Shown in pieces: positions 1-12,895 of a stretch of 64,000 nucleotides of DNA; position 1 is the stretch's first letter; the number at the start of each line of letters is the position of its first letter. The position numbers were made by a program, and so were the translations under genes. Origin of the DNA: Octopus sinensis (Eukaryota); assembly GCF_006345805.1 (NCBI RefSeq), contig NC_043008.1, positions 5,766,001-5,830,000 of the forward strand, in the 5' to 3' direction. The notes beneath the pieces are model-generated. The model worked only from the letters and a program-made list of their open reading frames with translations, ran no database searches and was not told the DNA's origin.

Positions 1-199
1 TTGCTCTTCCGTACCCCTCTCTCACTATCATAGTCTCTCTCTCTATCTCTCTCTCTCTCTCTCTCTCACTCTTTATGTAGGCTTCTACGTTTTTGGATTT
101 AGTTTTTTTCTGGAAGTTGTAACAATTATTTCAATATAAAATTAGCAAAGTTAAAACATCTCAAAAATTTGTGAAATGAAGCAAACAGAAAATACAAAC

Positions 200-332
200 A
201 AGAAGAAGAAGAAGAAGAAGAAGAAGAGAAGAAGAAGAAGAAGAAGAAGAGAAGAAAAAGAAGAAGAAGAAGAAAAAGAAGAAGGAGAAGAAGAAGAAGG
301 AGAAGAAGAAGAAGAAGAAGAAGAAGAAGAAG
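200..332. repeat. (GAA)n microsatellite
   Basis: Direct reading: gaagaagaa run with few interruptions. Confidence 0.95.
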
Positions 333-816
333 GTGGCATTAATAGACGGTAATAAATCTGTTGGTGCCTGGCAAGCATGGTCATTTAGAGAATATATTTT
401 TCTTTTTTATTCTCGTGATAGAATTTCCACTTAACAGTTAAGATAATAGCTGCTGGAACAATTTGTCCATTAAATAACGGTGAACAGCATCTGGTCTCAA
501 ATAAATAATTTTATGTATTTTTATTAAATGCAAACTAAAAACTATTTAAACTCAATTTATAAATAGTCATTGGCTTATTTACATGGAATTTTTTGTTCTG
601 CTTGTTGTTGTTGCGGTTTTGTTGCTGCCATGGCATTTCTATTCTATAATTCCAGTTCATGGAATTGCTATGCTTCTACTTCGCTACACAAATTATTTTT
701 ATTGTGAGACTTTGCTATGCATTTGTTTCCTACTTATAACAGCTACTGTAGTAAGTGGAGTTGTTTTTCGCTCCTAGAGTAGATTTTTTCTTCTAAATAT
801 GCTGGCTAATTTCCAG

Positions 817-817
<1 letters not shown>

Positions 818-859
<42 letters not shown>

Positions 860-875
860 TTCATCATCATCATCA
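818..875. repeat. (CAT)n microsatellite
   Basis: Direct reading. Confidence 0.95.
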
Positions 876-879
876 TTTA

Positions 880-1117
880 AAGCGATGAACCATTGGAATC
901 GTTAGCACGTCGGATAAAATGCTTTTCGGTATTTCGTCCGTCTCCACGTTCTAAGATCAAATTTCGCGCAAGCCGACTTTGTCTTTCATCATTTTGAGAA
1001 CGGCAAACTAAATACCAGTTGAATACTGGGGGTAAATATATCCAACTAGCCCCCTCCCCCAAAATTTCAGGTCTTGTGCATATAGTAGAAAGGATTATTA
1101 TTATTATTATTATTATT
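880..1117 (+). mobile_element. tRNA-derived SINE, family B (diverged copy with (ATT)n tail)
   Basis: gttagcacgtcggataaaatgc...gactttgtctttcatc...taccagttgaatactggggg...tagtagaaaggattattatt matches other family B copies (18308, 28150, 29160). Confidence 0.8.
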
Positions 1118-1149
1118 TGCCGTGTTCTTTTTCTTCTTGTTCTTGTGTA

Positions 1150-2810
1150 ACACAGCGCATGTAACAAAGTGTCAGCTACCCACAGTCAGTGGATGAAGAT
1201 AACATTCTTCGTTCTCATTTGAAGCAATGCTATTTTCTGCAGATGCTCTATACTTACATTAACTCTCATCTTTTCAATCCGGTTTGTGAGATTCGTATTT
1301 ATAGATCCCAAGTCTCCAACAACAACTTGTACGATGATCGCCTTCTTCAATGAACCCAATCTCTTTTATCTTCCATATGAGTCATCACATCTGACCGGCT
1401 TCACTTCTCTTTTCAGTACTTGTCATCATCAGGACATGCAGTATCTTTGATTAAACAGTTCAATAATCACAGCCTCTATATCCAGCTTTCTGTGTTCGGT
1501 TTCATGATGACATTGGATCATTACATCTCACAGTGCTTTTATCTTGTCATTCTTGATAACTCCTGGGTTTGTCCATACCACGTCTTTGCTCTATTCAAAC
1601 CATGCTTGCCACATATCTTCCAAGGAATCATTGTTGCGACATTACCATGTTTTCTTTTGTATTCCTGTTGTACTTATTCACAATAGGCCATACACTCTCA
1701 CCTTTATCACTGCAAGCGCTGCATTCATCACAATTATACTATACTGTCAATCTGGTATTTCGTATAATTTATCTTAAGTTCTTGTCCTTGCACAGCAGAA
1801 ATAAGCGCTTCTGTTTCTGGCTTCAAACCATTCTTCCTTAACCAGTGCCACCTTCCAAGGCATCTGCATTTCTGCTCACCTTTCTCACAAACTATCTGTG
1901 ATTTTTATTTTTTCCCATTCCATTTTCTTCTGTCTTCCTTGCTCTTTTTTTCTTTGTGTGCCTTTGTCTTCACTTAAATATCAATCCTGATTATACCGGA
2001 TATTCTTGCCTGCACTGGCAAAGGCTCTATGGCACTCTTACTAGACACACCAAGCTGTTTTCTTCTGTGCATACACAATTTTCACGGCTGATTAGCTCTC
2101 ACCCACCTTTGTGCTTGGTTAGATACCATTTGTCAATACCACTCTTTGGGTCAAATACTCCATGCATTGTGTGTAGTTTTCTCGATTTACTGTTCCACCC
2201 CAGTCAAGTCTATTCCCTCCAACTGATAATGCTTGCACCATACCTCAATAATTTAATAACCCATGCATTAACAGCTTGAAAATTATGTCTTCCTCTAAGT
2301 TTTGACTACATCACCAGTCTGTGTCTTCGGAGATATTCTTGCGTAAAGCTTTACTTCATTGATTCTTCCATCACTTCTTTCATCTCCAATATACCCAGGT
2401 ATTTATTCTCAAATATCATTAATCCTTTACCTGATTTCCCATAATGGTAATTCTGTATCTGAAATTCTGTTGACTTTCCTTTTCGTTAGGAATAATATTA
2501 CTCCACATTTTTGTAAGCTAAATTCGATTTTGATATCCATGCTAAAGCAATGAAATGTGTTCACTAAAGAACTGATTTGAGCCTCGTCCTTACCATACAA
2601 CTTAAGATCATCCATAAATAACAGATGGTTGATCTTTTGCTGTTTTCCTTTAAACTCGTATCTAGATGTTACTCTTCTCAGTCGCAAAGTCACAGGAATC
2701 GTGTATGAAACAAATAATAAAGGAGACATCTCTTTGTTAGATTCTCTTCTTGATTCTTAATGTTCCCAAGTTCTGTTCATAATATGAGCTCAATCTTCCA
2801 ACTTTCGTTG
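1150..2810 (-). mobile_element. Decayed R4/Dong-clade non-LTR retrotransposon, 3' 1.65 kb (RT C-part, zinc knuckle, REL endonuclease)
   Basis: Minus-strand SPLLF...INHLLFMDDLKLY (2427-2729). Downstream frames read YLGILE, AVNAWVIKLLRYGASIISW, HGVFDPKSGIDKWYL...GG and WLRKNGLKPETEALISAVQ, all characteristic of R4/Dong ORFs. Many stops and frameshifts. Confidence 0.88.
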
Positions 2811-2893
2811 CCAAGAAAAAAATAAAGGATAATAAAAATTTAAAATACATACATCCGCTCTCAATGAACCACAGAATAACGGCAGCAGCATCA

Positions 2894-3260
2894 AATGTTT
2901 AGGGCAGCGGACTTGCGGTCGGAAGATCGCGGTTTAGATTCCCAGACCGGTCATTGTGCGTGGATATTCAGCGAAAACACCTAAAACTCCACGAGGCTCC
3001 GGCAGGAGGTGGTGGCGACCCCTGTTGTACTCTTCCGCCCCAACTTTCTCTCACTCTTTCTTCCTGTTTCTTGTCCCCGACTTCCTACGCAACCGCTGAG
3101 CCTGGATGCGCATTCATCCATCCGTCGATGCTCCCGGTGTCGGGGGTTCTTACGAATAGCAAAGGACCACGTTTCGGACTTCTCCCACTCTGGGACGAAG
3201 ACCGCTTCGCTCAAGAAACAAGCAAACAAACAAACAAACAAACAGACAGCAACAGCAACA
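2894..3260 (+). mobile_element. tRNA(Arg)-like SINE, family C, tail type 1
   Basis: tRNA-like head (agggcagcggacttgcggtc...ggtttagattcc) and shared body aaaacacctaaaactccacgaggctccggcagg. Flanked by 12-bp direct repeat gcagcagcatca (2882-2893, 3261-3272), read as a TSD. Confidence 0.85.
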
Positions 3261-4511
3261 GCAGCAGCATCATATTCCGGCTGTGAAATATGTTATGCTG
3301 AAGTTCATGTTTATGTAGAATTTCTACTGGTCGATATCAGTACGAAAAATATAGGTAATAACCAAATTATAATAGTTCTTGATAGAAGACTTTGGAAAAG
3401 CGATTACTTAGATTATGAGAGATTAGGAATATTTTGCGAGAGAATTTGAGCGGAGATAACAATGTTTGTTCAAAAAAGAAATGCTCCTTTTTATATGGAA
3501 TAGCGGAGACAGGAAAAATTGTACCCGTTGAGATACAAACTGGAATGCAATGATTATAGTTACTTGTGTTTCTAATGAATTAAAGAATTTTGGTGCGAAG
3601 AAGGAAACATTACATTGCTGGCTGTTACCAAAGTCTGTTAACCCCAGTTTATAGAATGCAAAAAAGTAATCTAAATGCTTTTTAAAGACCGACATGTGGA
3701 TCTACCTCTTCAGTCACTTCTATTACAAATCAAAAACTTTAGTTTATCGTACAAGTAGTACGAGCATCGTATTACTGGTTTTCTCTAAAATGAAGTCAAC
3801 ATTTTCGTGGGGGAAAACTGTTCCGTTGGGTAGAAATCAATAATTCTTTCTATGTTTCATTGATACTACATTAATGAAACACAAATTTGTCCTGACAAAT
3901 TATTCAATGTGAAAATGTTTAAAATTCTAAAAAATGTGGTGAGCTTGTATTTTATTTGAAAAAAGAATGTTCGTTGGTTTATCTGAAATGACCACTTTCA
4001 GATATTATAGTCCACTAACATTAAATTGCTCTTTTGATAAGATCGCCAGATCTATGCTAAGGTACATCAGTATCTACTACAGATTTGTAGATTTGGTGTG
4101 TTATATGACTAGCTGTCGCTGCTATCATGAGATAGTACAAATTAATTGCCGAATAGAGAGACAGATTACCTGGTCACAAATTCTCTTGATCTCGATAAAT
4201 ACTATTATCGTAATCTAATTATCATACTGTTCAGATTAGTCAGTTAAAATATATCATTGTGTAAAAAGAAAAAAATATATATCTATGATCTACCGTTTAA
4301 TCCTTTTAAATCATTCACTTAAACATATTTCTAGACACATACTCACAGATGAAGCATAAATGTCTGATACACTTACAACATACATAATCATAGATAATAA
4401 CATATCTCAACTTTAAATCTACAATTAATTCCATGACGAAAATAAAATAAAATGTCGTATGCTCGCATTCATTCTCCGGATACATACTTGAATATACAAA
4501 CAGATATGGCA

Positions 4512-4703
4512 GCGCATGCGCTTTCATGCAAGAGCATAAAAAACGCTCGTAAAGACTTTCATATATAACAAACGATGAAACAATAGCATGATAATTCTCT
4601 TGAATAATTTTCATAAAAATTTAAATATTCTTTTCATAATATACTTGAATGATTCCTTTTAACCGCTGATATATTCTCCGAGATAACCAGTTGCCATGGC
4701 GAC
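4512..4703. promoter_or_regulatory. Candidate promoter: NRF1-type GCGCATGCGC (4512-4521) and RFX X-box GTTGCCATGGCGAC (4690-4703)
   Basis: Two near-consensus palindromic motifs 170 bp apart in the longest repeat-free stretch of the window. No transcript evidence. Confidence 0.35.
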
Positions 4704-5262
4704 TGCTCAAAAAGCTTTTCTGTCATTCGAATAACGACATTATTTTTATATTTTTATCGCGCATGGTGCACTGTGTGCAGACACATATTTCCTGTTATTG
4801 TTATTGCTATTTACTTCTTTGATTTTAATAAATATTCATTTAATTCTTTTTCCTTTTTATATAATGGCACTCGATGTTATTTAAAAGTTTGCTATCAACT
4901 CTCCCATGTAGTGGAGCTCGGAAGAGATATCGAGAATGATAACCAAACTACTAATGTTCGGCATTGCGCATAATAATTCTATTTTAGTGATACACGGCTC
5001 TGATACGAGTGCATAGTTTTGCAAATGGGTGATTTCGTTGTTCTCGATAAGAAATTAGTCTCATTTCTACTTTAAAGCGAAAAGGATTTACGGAGATGAG
5101 AAATGTCTATACAAAAACAAAAATATGCTTTATCAGAAAAAACGACCTTTTGGAAACAAAGCTAATTTTCGAGACCTGTTATGCGTGAGGCTCATTGTTT
5201 TTATAGGAAATTTATTAGATGAAAGTTCTGTGTGTGTGGGATATTTACCCCCCCCCCCCACA

Positions 5263-5449
5263 CACAAGATGGGTGTTGAAAAGTTCCTGGCTTCAGGTAA
5301 AGAAAATATTCCCCTCTCAGATTCAAAGACATATTGCAGTGGTTCATCAGTTTTTCAAAACCCTGTAAAAGAACTCGGAAGGTTGGGCCTCCAGCCAGGC
5401 CTTTCGTGATACCCTTAAAGCCAGGACCTTTTCAGTACCCCCTCACGTA
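5263..5449. mobile_element. mariner-type MITE
   Basis: Imperfect TIRs gggtgttgaaaagttcctggcttcagg / ccttaaagccaggaccttttcagtacccc, right end cgta (TA target). Confidence 0.75.
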
Positions 5450-5604
<155 letters not shown>

Positions 5605-6009
5605 GGCGCAGGAGTGGCTGTGTGGTAAGTAGCTTGCTAACCAACCACATGGTTCTGGGTTCAGTCCCACTGCGTGGCATCTTGGGCAAGTGTCTTCTGC
5701 TATGGCCTCGGGCCGACCAAAGCCTTGTGAGTGGATTGGTAGACGGAAACTGAAAGAAGCCTGTCGTATATATGTATATATATATGTATGTGTGCGTATA
5801 TGTTTGTCTGTGTCCCTCTAGCATTGCTTGACAACCGATGCTGGTGTGTTTACGTCCCCGTAACTTAGCGGTTCGGCAAAAGAGACCGATAGAATAAGTA
5901 CTAGGCTTACAAAGAATAAGTCCCGGGGTCGATTTGCTCGACTAAAGGCGGTGCTCCAGCATGGCCGCAGTCAAAATGACTGAAACAAGTAAAAGAGTAA
6001 AAGAGTAAA

Positions 6010-6012
<3 letters not shown>
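5605..6012 (+). mobile_element. tRNA-derived SINE, family A, full length
   Basis: Head ggcgcaggagtggctgtgtgg (A box)...ggttcagtccc (B box), central (TA/TG) tract, 3' ggcggtgctccagcatggccgcagtcaaaatgactgaaac and (gtaaaaga)n tail. Many copies in window. Confidence 0.92.
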
Positions 6013-6044
<32 letters not shown>

Positions 6045-6047
<3 letters not shown>

Positions 6048-6430
6048 AAACAAGTCAAAAATAGAAAATGCTAAAATAATTTTATAGTGAACATTTCAGT
6101 ACCGGTTTCGGTCATTTTGAGACCTTTTCAACTGTAACGATTAAATAATTAAATTTAGAAAAATTAGAAGAAAAGTTTTTTTAAAAGAATATTTCTATAG
6201 TAGTGTTCAGATTTAAGTGGCATTCTGCCTTTCTCTGACTCCCTTGTTTGCACTTGTGTGTCGGAGGTCGTTGTGAGTTCTTGGAAGGGTAGTAGAGGAA
6301 GAAGGCTGGTGGGGAAAGGGGGATGGGAGAATCTGGGAGTGCCCTGATGGTCGTATTTTGAATGGTCAGTGGCGGCTGGCAGTCTCAGTTCAATTCAGGA
6401 GAATATTTATATTGACAGGCTTGTTTATAG
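6045..6430 (-). mobile_element. Penelope-like element 3' end (pLTR) remnant
   Basis: Minus strand ends in YKYSPELN-like peptide (resembles the GIY-YIG C-terminus) followed downstream by a hammerhead motif. Confidence 0.5.
6094..6137 (-). ncRNA. Minimal type I hammerhead ribozyme, U3-A8 core variant
   Basis: Minus strand: ttacag-UUGAAAA-GGUC ucaaaau GACC-GAAAC-CG-GUA/-ctgaaa. Helix I has 5 of 6 pairs, helix II is 4 bp, and helix III is the palindrome ACCGGU. Confidence 0.7.
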
Positions 6431-6494
6431 AATTAGCGTAGGTGTTATACTAAAAAACATTAGTGACAAAGTTAAGGGGTAGGGGGTGGAGAAA

Positions 6495-6690
6495 TAGAAG
6501 AAGAAGAAGAAGAAGGAGAAGGAGAAGGAGAAGGAGAAGGAGAAGGAGAAGGAGAAGGAGAAGATGACGATGATGGTGGTGGTGGTGATGATTATGACGA
6601 CGATGATGATGATAATGATGATGATGAAGAAGAAGGAGGAGAAGGAGAAGATGGTGGTGATGATGGTGGTGATGATGGTGGTGATATATG
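6495..6690. repeat. Compound (GAA)/(GAAGGA)/(GAT)/(GGT) repeat
   Basis: Direct reading. Confidence 0.9.
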
Positions 6691-7329
6691 TATATGATGA
6701 TATATGTATATATATATATATATATAGGTATGTGTGTATGTATTTATGTATAAAGTATGCAAACACACACACATACATGTGTCTGTGTGTGTATGTGTAT
6801 ATCTGCGTAAGGGTAAAAAAAGGGAAACAAAATGACAAGGTGATGAAATAATCTTGTGCCTTTGAATTCTTCATCGAGGTTTTGTTATCGCCAAGTTGCT
6901 TTGTGACAATAACAAGAATGACGTTGCCTGGAGGGAAAGGAATAAAATATCGTTTAGAATCGAGAGAAAATCCGAAATATTTTCAGGACAATAATGAGGA
7001 ATATGAAAACCCTCAGAGCTAATTGGTTTACTGAAATTTATGTTTTGTTTACCGATTTAAATAATTCAGTTACTTTATGAAGGGAGCCATAGAATTCCTT
7101 TTTGAGCGAAACAAATCCGCATTCTAAATGCAAAATACATAAGAAATAGCTTTTCTAAAATATGTTATGGCAGTTCTAAGAGAAACGACATTTTGTGATT
7201 AAACCTGGGTTTATTTAACGCTAATAAATATTTACTGATCAATAATCTACACAGTTAGTTTAATTGTTATCGCTCCCCATGTATCGAAACATCTTGGGGA
7301 AGCGATGAAACTGAGGAAATAAAGGAGTT

Positions 7330-7760
7330 GGTCAGCTTGAGAAAGGCAGTCTATATGCCAAGACATGAACGCTGAAATCGTGCACAGAGACGATCAAGGT
7401 GGAAAGTGTAGCATCGAATAAATACATACCCAAATCACAACTGGATAAAACTATCTTTTCAGTAGAATACTCCTATTTGTGCTGTTAAACGCAAGTGAGA
7501 CGTAGGATATATACAAAGAAAGAAGAAAAATGATTGGTTACAATGCAGAGGGCATTTAGGAGATCTATGCTAGGAATACCATTTCAGGAATCTATGACAA
7601 AAAATATTCTGAGAACCTAGTAGCGTGGCCGATGTGATTACAGAATATGGAAAGCATTAAGTTCCGCAGATATCGAAAGTATTAAGTAGAACATGTCATG
7701 GGGTTCACGTGTAAGAGACCACTCCAAAGACATCCGAGTGGGTGGAATAATGATACAGTA
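7330..7760 (+). mobile_element. Decayed RTE-clade LINE C-terminal fragment
   Basis: Frames give QRAFRRSMLGI, ADVITE and a KRP...RW-like end, resembling the RTE post-RT region. Heavily degenerate. Confidence 0.45.
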
Positions 7761-7769
7761 AAAAAAAAA

Positions 7770-10228
7770 TCAGGAATAAATGGAAGAGTAGGACGCAGTC
7801 AGAGTACGAATAGAAACCCATTCTGAGAAGAGATGTATTAGAACTTTTGATAATCTGGTAGATAGAACTGATATTATCATATTATTTAATTTATTATCCT
7901 TGTTCCTGTTTCTACATTTTGAAGACTTTACAGCTCTCAAAGAATGATATAAGAATTTAAGGAAATGCTGAAGCAGCTGATCCAAAAGTAATAAATTTAT
8001 CTCCAGGAAAGCTCATAAAAAATGAAATAAAACTTTTTGAATATGGACTTAAATTCTCACCAATTCCAAAACCTGACACATCAGATTTTATAAAAGATAT
8101 TGAGAAACTTTGTCGAAAATTTTGATTTCTTCTAAATGAAATTTTACGAAGATCTATTACTTGTAAAAAAACAGACAAAGTAAGATTAAAGCCTCCGAGG
8201 AAAATAAATAAACAGAAGAATGTAAATACATGGCGCCTCTGAAGCTAACTAAAGCTAAGGAAATCCATGTCTCTGAAAAGATCAGTAAACACAAACATTC
8301 CAACAAAGCGCACACTTTCAAATATTACAAATGAACAAAAAATCATAGGAATGTTTATAGAAAGATTCTCACAGAGTCACTAAAGAAGCTGACGAAGGAG
8401 AAACCATTGTAATAATGAACAAAATCCATAGCAGGGAAAGGGACTTAGAACAAATGAATGAACAACGTTTCTATAAAAATAATTGAAACAAATGCACCTA
8501 AACAGCTAATGAACAAGATGGGTAACTTACAGACAAAATTAAAAAAATAATAATGAGAAAGATGTTCGATCGTCAAACTAACTTTCAGGAAAAAGGAGAA
8601 ACTTTTATGAATTAGGAATGATTCATAAACCTAAAGAGTAATATAACAGCTTAAAGAACTTCCATACACCATATGAAATGATTGTCAAACCGTCTGATTT
8701 AAAATCACGTCCGATCGTTTCGGGTCCAACATCGAACAACCAACGATTGAAAGATTTACTTGGCATCATATTAAAACCATTATACAAATAAGTTCGTAGT
8801 TTAATCAGAGATGACATGGACTTCCTAAATCACGTTCTAGAAAGATTCAGCAGAAACATGATCCTGGTTATTGTTGACGTGACAAACTTCGACACATAAT
8901 ACCTATGGATTAGGTCTGGAGGCAGTGGAATTCTGGACAGACAAAAATCCAAACACATTTCAGGAAAGATTCATAGAAGAATTCATACTTGAAAGATTAA
9001 GACTGGTGCTAGAAAACGACTACTTTTTTGATAACCAATATTAAAAATAAAAGTGCTTGCAGTTCTAATGATTGGATTTTGAGAAGAATAGTTTATGTCC
9101 AGTCCTGGATTATTTTGATGAGCATTTCTAATCCTACTCAAAGAAAACTGGCAAAATATTTCTGGAGGACTACTTCTTGAAATCTGGAACAGGAGTAAGA
9201 AAGACCTTACATACTATTTAATATGGTAAGGCAATAACTAAGGACTCGTGTAGACGAGAAAGACGACTGGAAAAATTTTTTAATATTCCTTCAGAGAAAA
9301 ATATTGAAGAAACTTAGCAAATCATGTCCCAACTAAAGCTAAGGAAATCCGTGTCTCTGAAATCTGAAGAAATACTCACAATGATGGGGAAAACAAAAAC
9401 AGAAATATTTCCTTTGTAGCCATCCACAGTTCCAGAAATCACAATATTTTACATTCAGTCAACTATATCAAGGAATTGTACATCAATCCTTAAATCGAAG
9501 TAAAATAAGTAAAGATAAGTAAAGATAAAGGAAAAATAATGAAAATACATAACTGAAATCCGAAAGCAACCACAAATCTTTCAAATCTGTCATCAAAATC
9601 AAAATTCACATCAGAAGAAATAATGCAGATAAGAATGTGGGAGACACCCGTTGTGAATTAATTGAACAGAGTGAACCAACAAATTCAAGAATAGGAAGGA
9701 AATTAAAGATGATGTAAATATTAACCGCAAAGCAAAAAGTCTCATTTACTGCATCACATACTCCCAATGCAATGGAAATTATATCGGACAAACAGGGTAA
9801 AAATGAATAGACTGGATAAGGATGCATCAGAAACAAATCAAAAATACATATGTTAGAAATGTTTCATGCAGTAAACATTTGGACATTTGTGCAATTGGAA
9901 AATTCAAAATATTTCATTTCTTTTTCAAAATAAAGGAAAATATTATCAATTACGATATGCGAAAGAATACTGTACGATAATTCTAAATCCATTACTAAAT
10001 CGGAATTAATCAGCTACTGCTAAAATAACTATCTTTCTACAATTATCTTATAATATTTGTGTTCGAAGAACTGAAAATAGTGAAAGCAAAGGCTTCCTTT
10101 CGTAAGGTTTGTACCATTATTTTTTTCAAAGAAAAATTTACAGAATTCATATTTTTAAATTTAATAATCTTTTTATCAAATATTGTGACAGTATCGACAA
10201 TTTTTTAAAAAGCCTTTTTAAAACTTGT

Positions 10229-10230
<2 letters not shown>
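7770..10230 (+). pseudogene. Decayed Penelope-like element ORF (N-terminal domain, reverse transcriptase, GIY-YIG endonuclease)
   Basis: NLSPGKLIKNEIKLFEYGLKFSPIP (~7995), KADEGETIVIMN (~8385), RPIVSGPTS...LKP and IRDDMDFLNH (~8710-8830), ILVIVDVT (~8860), LIYCITYSQCNGNYIGQTG (~9745-9800). Multiple stops and frameshifts. Confidence 0.85.
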
Positions 10231-10292
<62 letters not shown>

Positions 10293-10690
10293 GTATATAT
10301 ATACGTTGTATGTATATATATATATATGTATATGTATGTATATATATATATAATATATATATATATGTATATGTATGTATATATATATATATGAGTGTGA
10401 GTGTGTTTGTGTGTGCGCGTGTGCGTGTGTACGTATGTATATGCATAATATACATACATATGTATATATATATGCGTGTAGGTATGTATGTGTGTGTGTG
10501 GGTGTGCGTGGGTGTGGATGTGGGCGCATGTGTATGTATAAATGTATATATATATACATACACCTACATATCAACATACTCATACACACCCTGACATGCA
10601 CAGATACTCGTACATAATAGACACACACATACACACATATCCATCCATCCGTACACTCATACTCACACACAACCATACACATACCTATAT
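10230..10690. repeat. Compound (TA)/(TG)/(CA) microsatellite block
   Basis: Direct reading. Confidence 0.9.
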
Positions 10691-12445
10691 ATTCGCATTT
10701 TCTCCTTATCAGTTTCTAAGAAATATTCTCCGTTGATATATTTGAAGTATAGAAGATACGACATCTCTCAAAAGAATTTCAAAATACAAAGAGAAACAAT
10801 GGGTTTGTTTCGTTTTAAAAAAAATTCCTTTTACTTTTCAAAAATAATTTTGAATCTTTCATATTATTCCCAAATTCCTTCCTCTCTTCATTCAATCATT
10901 GAATTTCTAACTTTACTAGATGTAAGCAGTGGTGATCTTTGATATTCTGTGAAGCGTTCACTTATCACACACTTCAGTATCTAGTCTATCAATCCTTCCT
11001 CTTTTTACATCAGTATTACCATGAGAAAATTTTTGTTTTGCTACTTTGAATTCTTTGAAGCTGTTTTGAAATATCTGTCAACGTAATATTCATTAAGCCG
11101 ACATACCAAAAGTCTTTTAAACTCAACACACACAATTGATCTACATCTATTTTACGTATCTCGCGCCTTTACAATCAAGTTATATCCATATTACTATCAT
11201 CCACCCCCGTACACCTGTATAATCTCCATTTTATTCAACATATGTAATATTGGGATTATTCAAACGACGCAACTTGAGTCAAATTTCAAAAGCTTCGGTC
11301 GTATCCATACAAGCATACATGCATTCATATAGACGTATACTACACACAAAAATACATGTATACATGCATGCACACGCACACACGCATATATACATATATG
11401 TTTATACATAATACATATACATCATATGTATATGTGTGTGCGTGTATGTGTACGGGAATCGTATGATTGTTACTAATTTCATTCCGTGTGCTATGGTTGT
11501 TTCAAATATCTTGACATCTCAAGAAATATATTAGATTAGAAATTCACACCTTATTTTCTTGAATTTATTTTATTTTCGTTTGTTTCTGTGGTGTGTTTAA
11601 TATCTAACACCTATAAGAAAGCAACGTCATTGCGCACTCTTTTATGCGATATATAAAACAGAAGCTGAAATGTTTACTGAGCCTAAAATATTTTCAACTT
11701 AACAGAAATTAGATCAGTTAAAGATGTGTATAAATCTTTCGGCAAATGAAAATATTACATTAATCTCCATTAATAAGAAATGTGTGTTTTGTATATGTGA
11801 CAAGCGAAATGATAACAAAAGACACATGCACACATTTGTACATATATGCACAGAACAGTCGTACTCCGAAGGGCATTGAATTAGAGTTTGACAATCGAAT
11901 GCCTCGCCCATAAAAACACGAACGTTCACTTTTGTTTATGAATACGAACATTGCAGGTGAAGACTGCGTAAGTCTAAACCACCTCAACATATTCCTAAAT
12001 CGCACCAGTATTCAGAAACATGCAAAGCTAAAGCAAATCTATAAATGTGTTTGATTAATCGTACAATTACATATGCAAGAGCTGAAAAATTTGTAAGGTA
12101 ATTTCTTCTCATAAGATCTTTTCATACCCAGGTAAATGCAATCGTATATAAATGCTGACAGTCAATCATGCAAACGACCCACTACCTGCATTGCTTGAAT
12201 ATGCATACATGTCTTACACTCATTCACTGAGATACACACACATACGGACATATATACACACGCATAACATTTCATATGCGAGCCGAAGCTGTCATTTGAC
12301 TAAAACAGCTGACTACTATATTGAGAATAGAAAGACACATATAAGACAATATAATGTCATAGATGTAAGAAAACTGGTTGGTCACGGTAGGAGTAGATTT
12401 GATTGGTCAAAGTTGATCGGGGCCTGAAAACAACGCAGCTACATA

Positions 12446-12895
12446 CTCTTTACTCTCTTTTACTCTTTTACTTGTTTCAGTCATTTGACTGCGGCCATGC
12501 TGGAGCACCGCGTTTAGTCGAGCAAATCGACCCCAGGTCTTATTCTTTGTAAGCCTAGTACTTATTCTATCGGTCTCTTTTGCCGAACCGCTAAGTTACG
12601 GGGACGTAAACACACCAGCATCGGTTGTCAAGCGATGTTGGGGGGACAAACACAGATACACAAACATATACACACACATACATACACACAAACACACACA
12701 CACACACACACACACATATAGATAGATATATACGACGGGCTTCTTTCAGTTTCCGTCTCCCAAATCCACTCACAGGGCTTTGGTCGACTCGAGACTATAG
12801 CAGAAGACACATGCCCAAGGTGCCACGCAGTGGAACTGAACCCGGAAACTTGTGGTTCGTAAGCAAGCTACTTACCACACATCCACTCCTACGCC
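12446..12895 (-). mobile_element. SINE family A, full length
   Basis: Reverse complement of the 5605-6012 element including central (CA)n. Confidence 0.92.

Noticed and set aside
8388-8404. CTGACGA...GAAAC resembling a hammerhead core
   Set aside because: No helix II; it is the KADEGET coding motif of the Penelope RT.
10733-11300. Possible decayed coding or TE fragment
   Set aside because: No convincing motif in any frame I could read.
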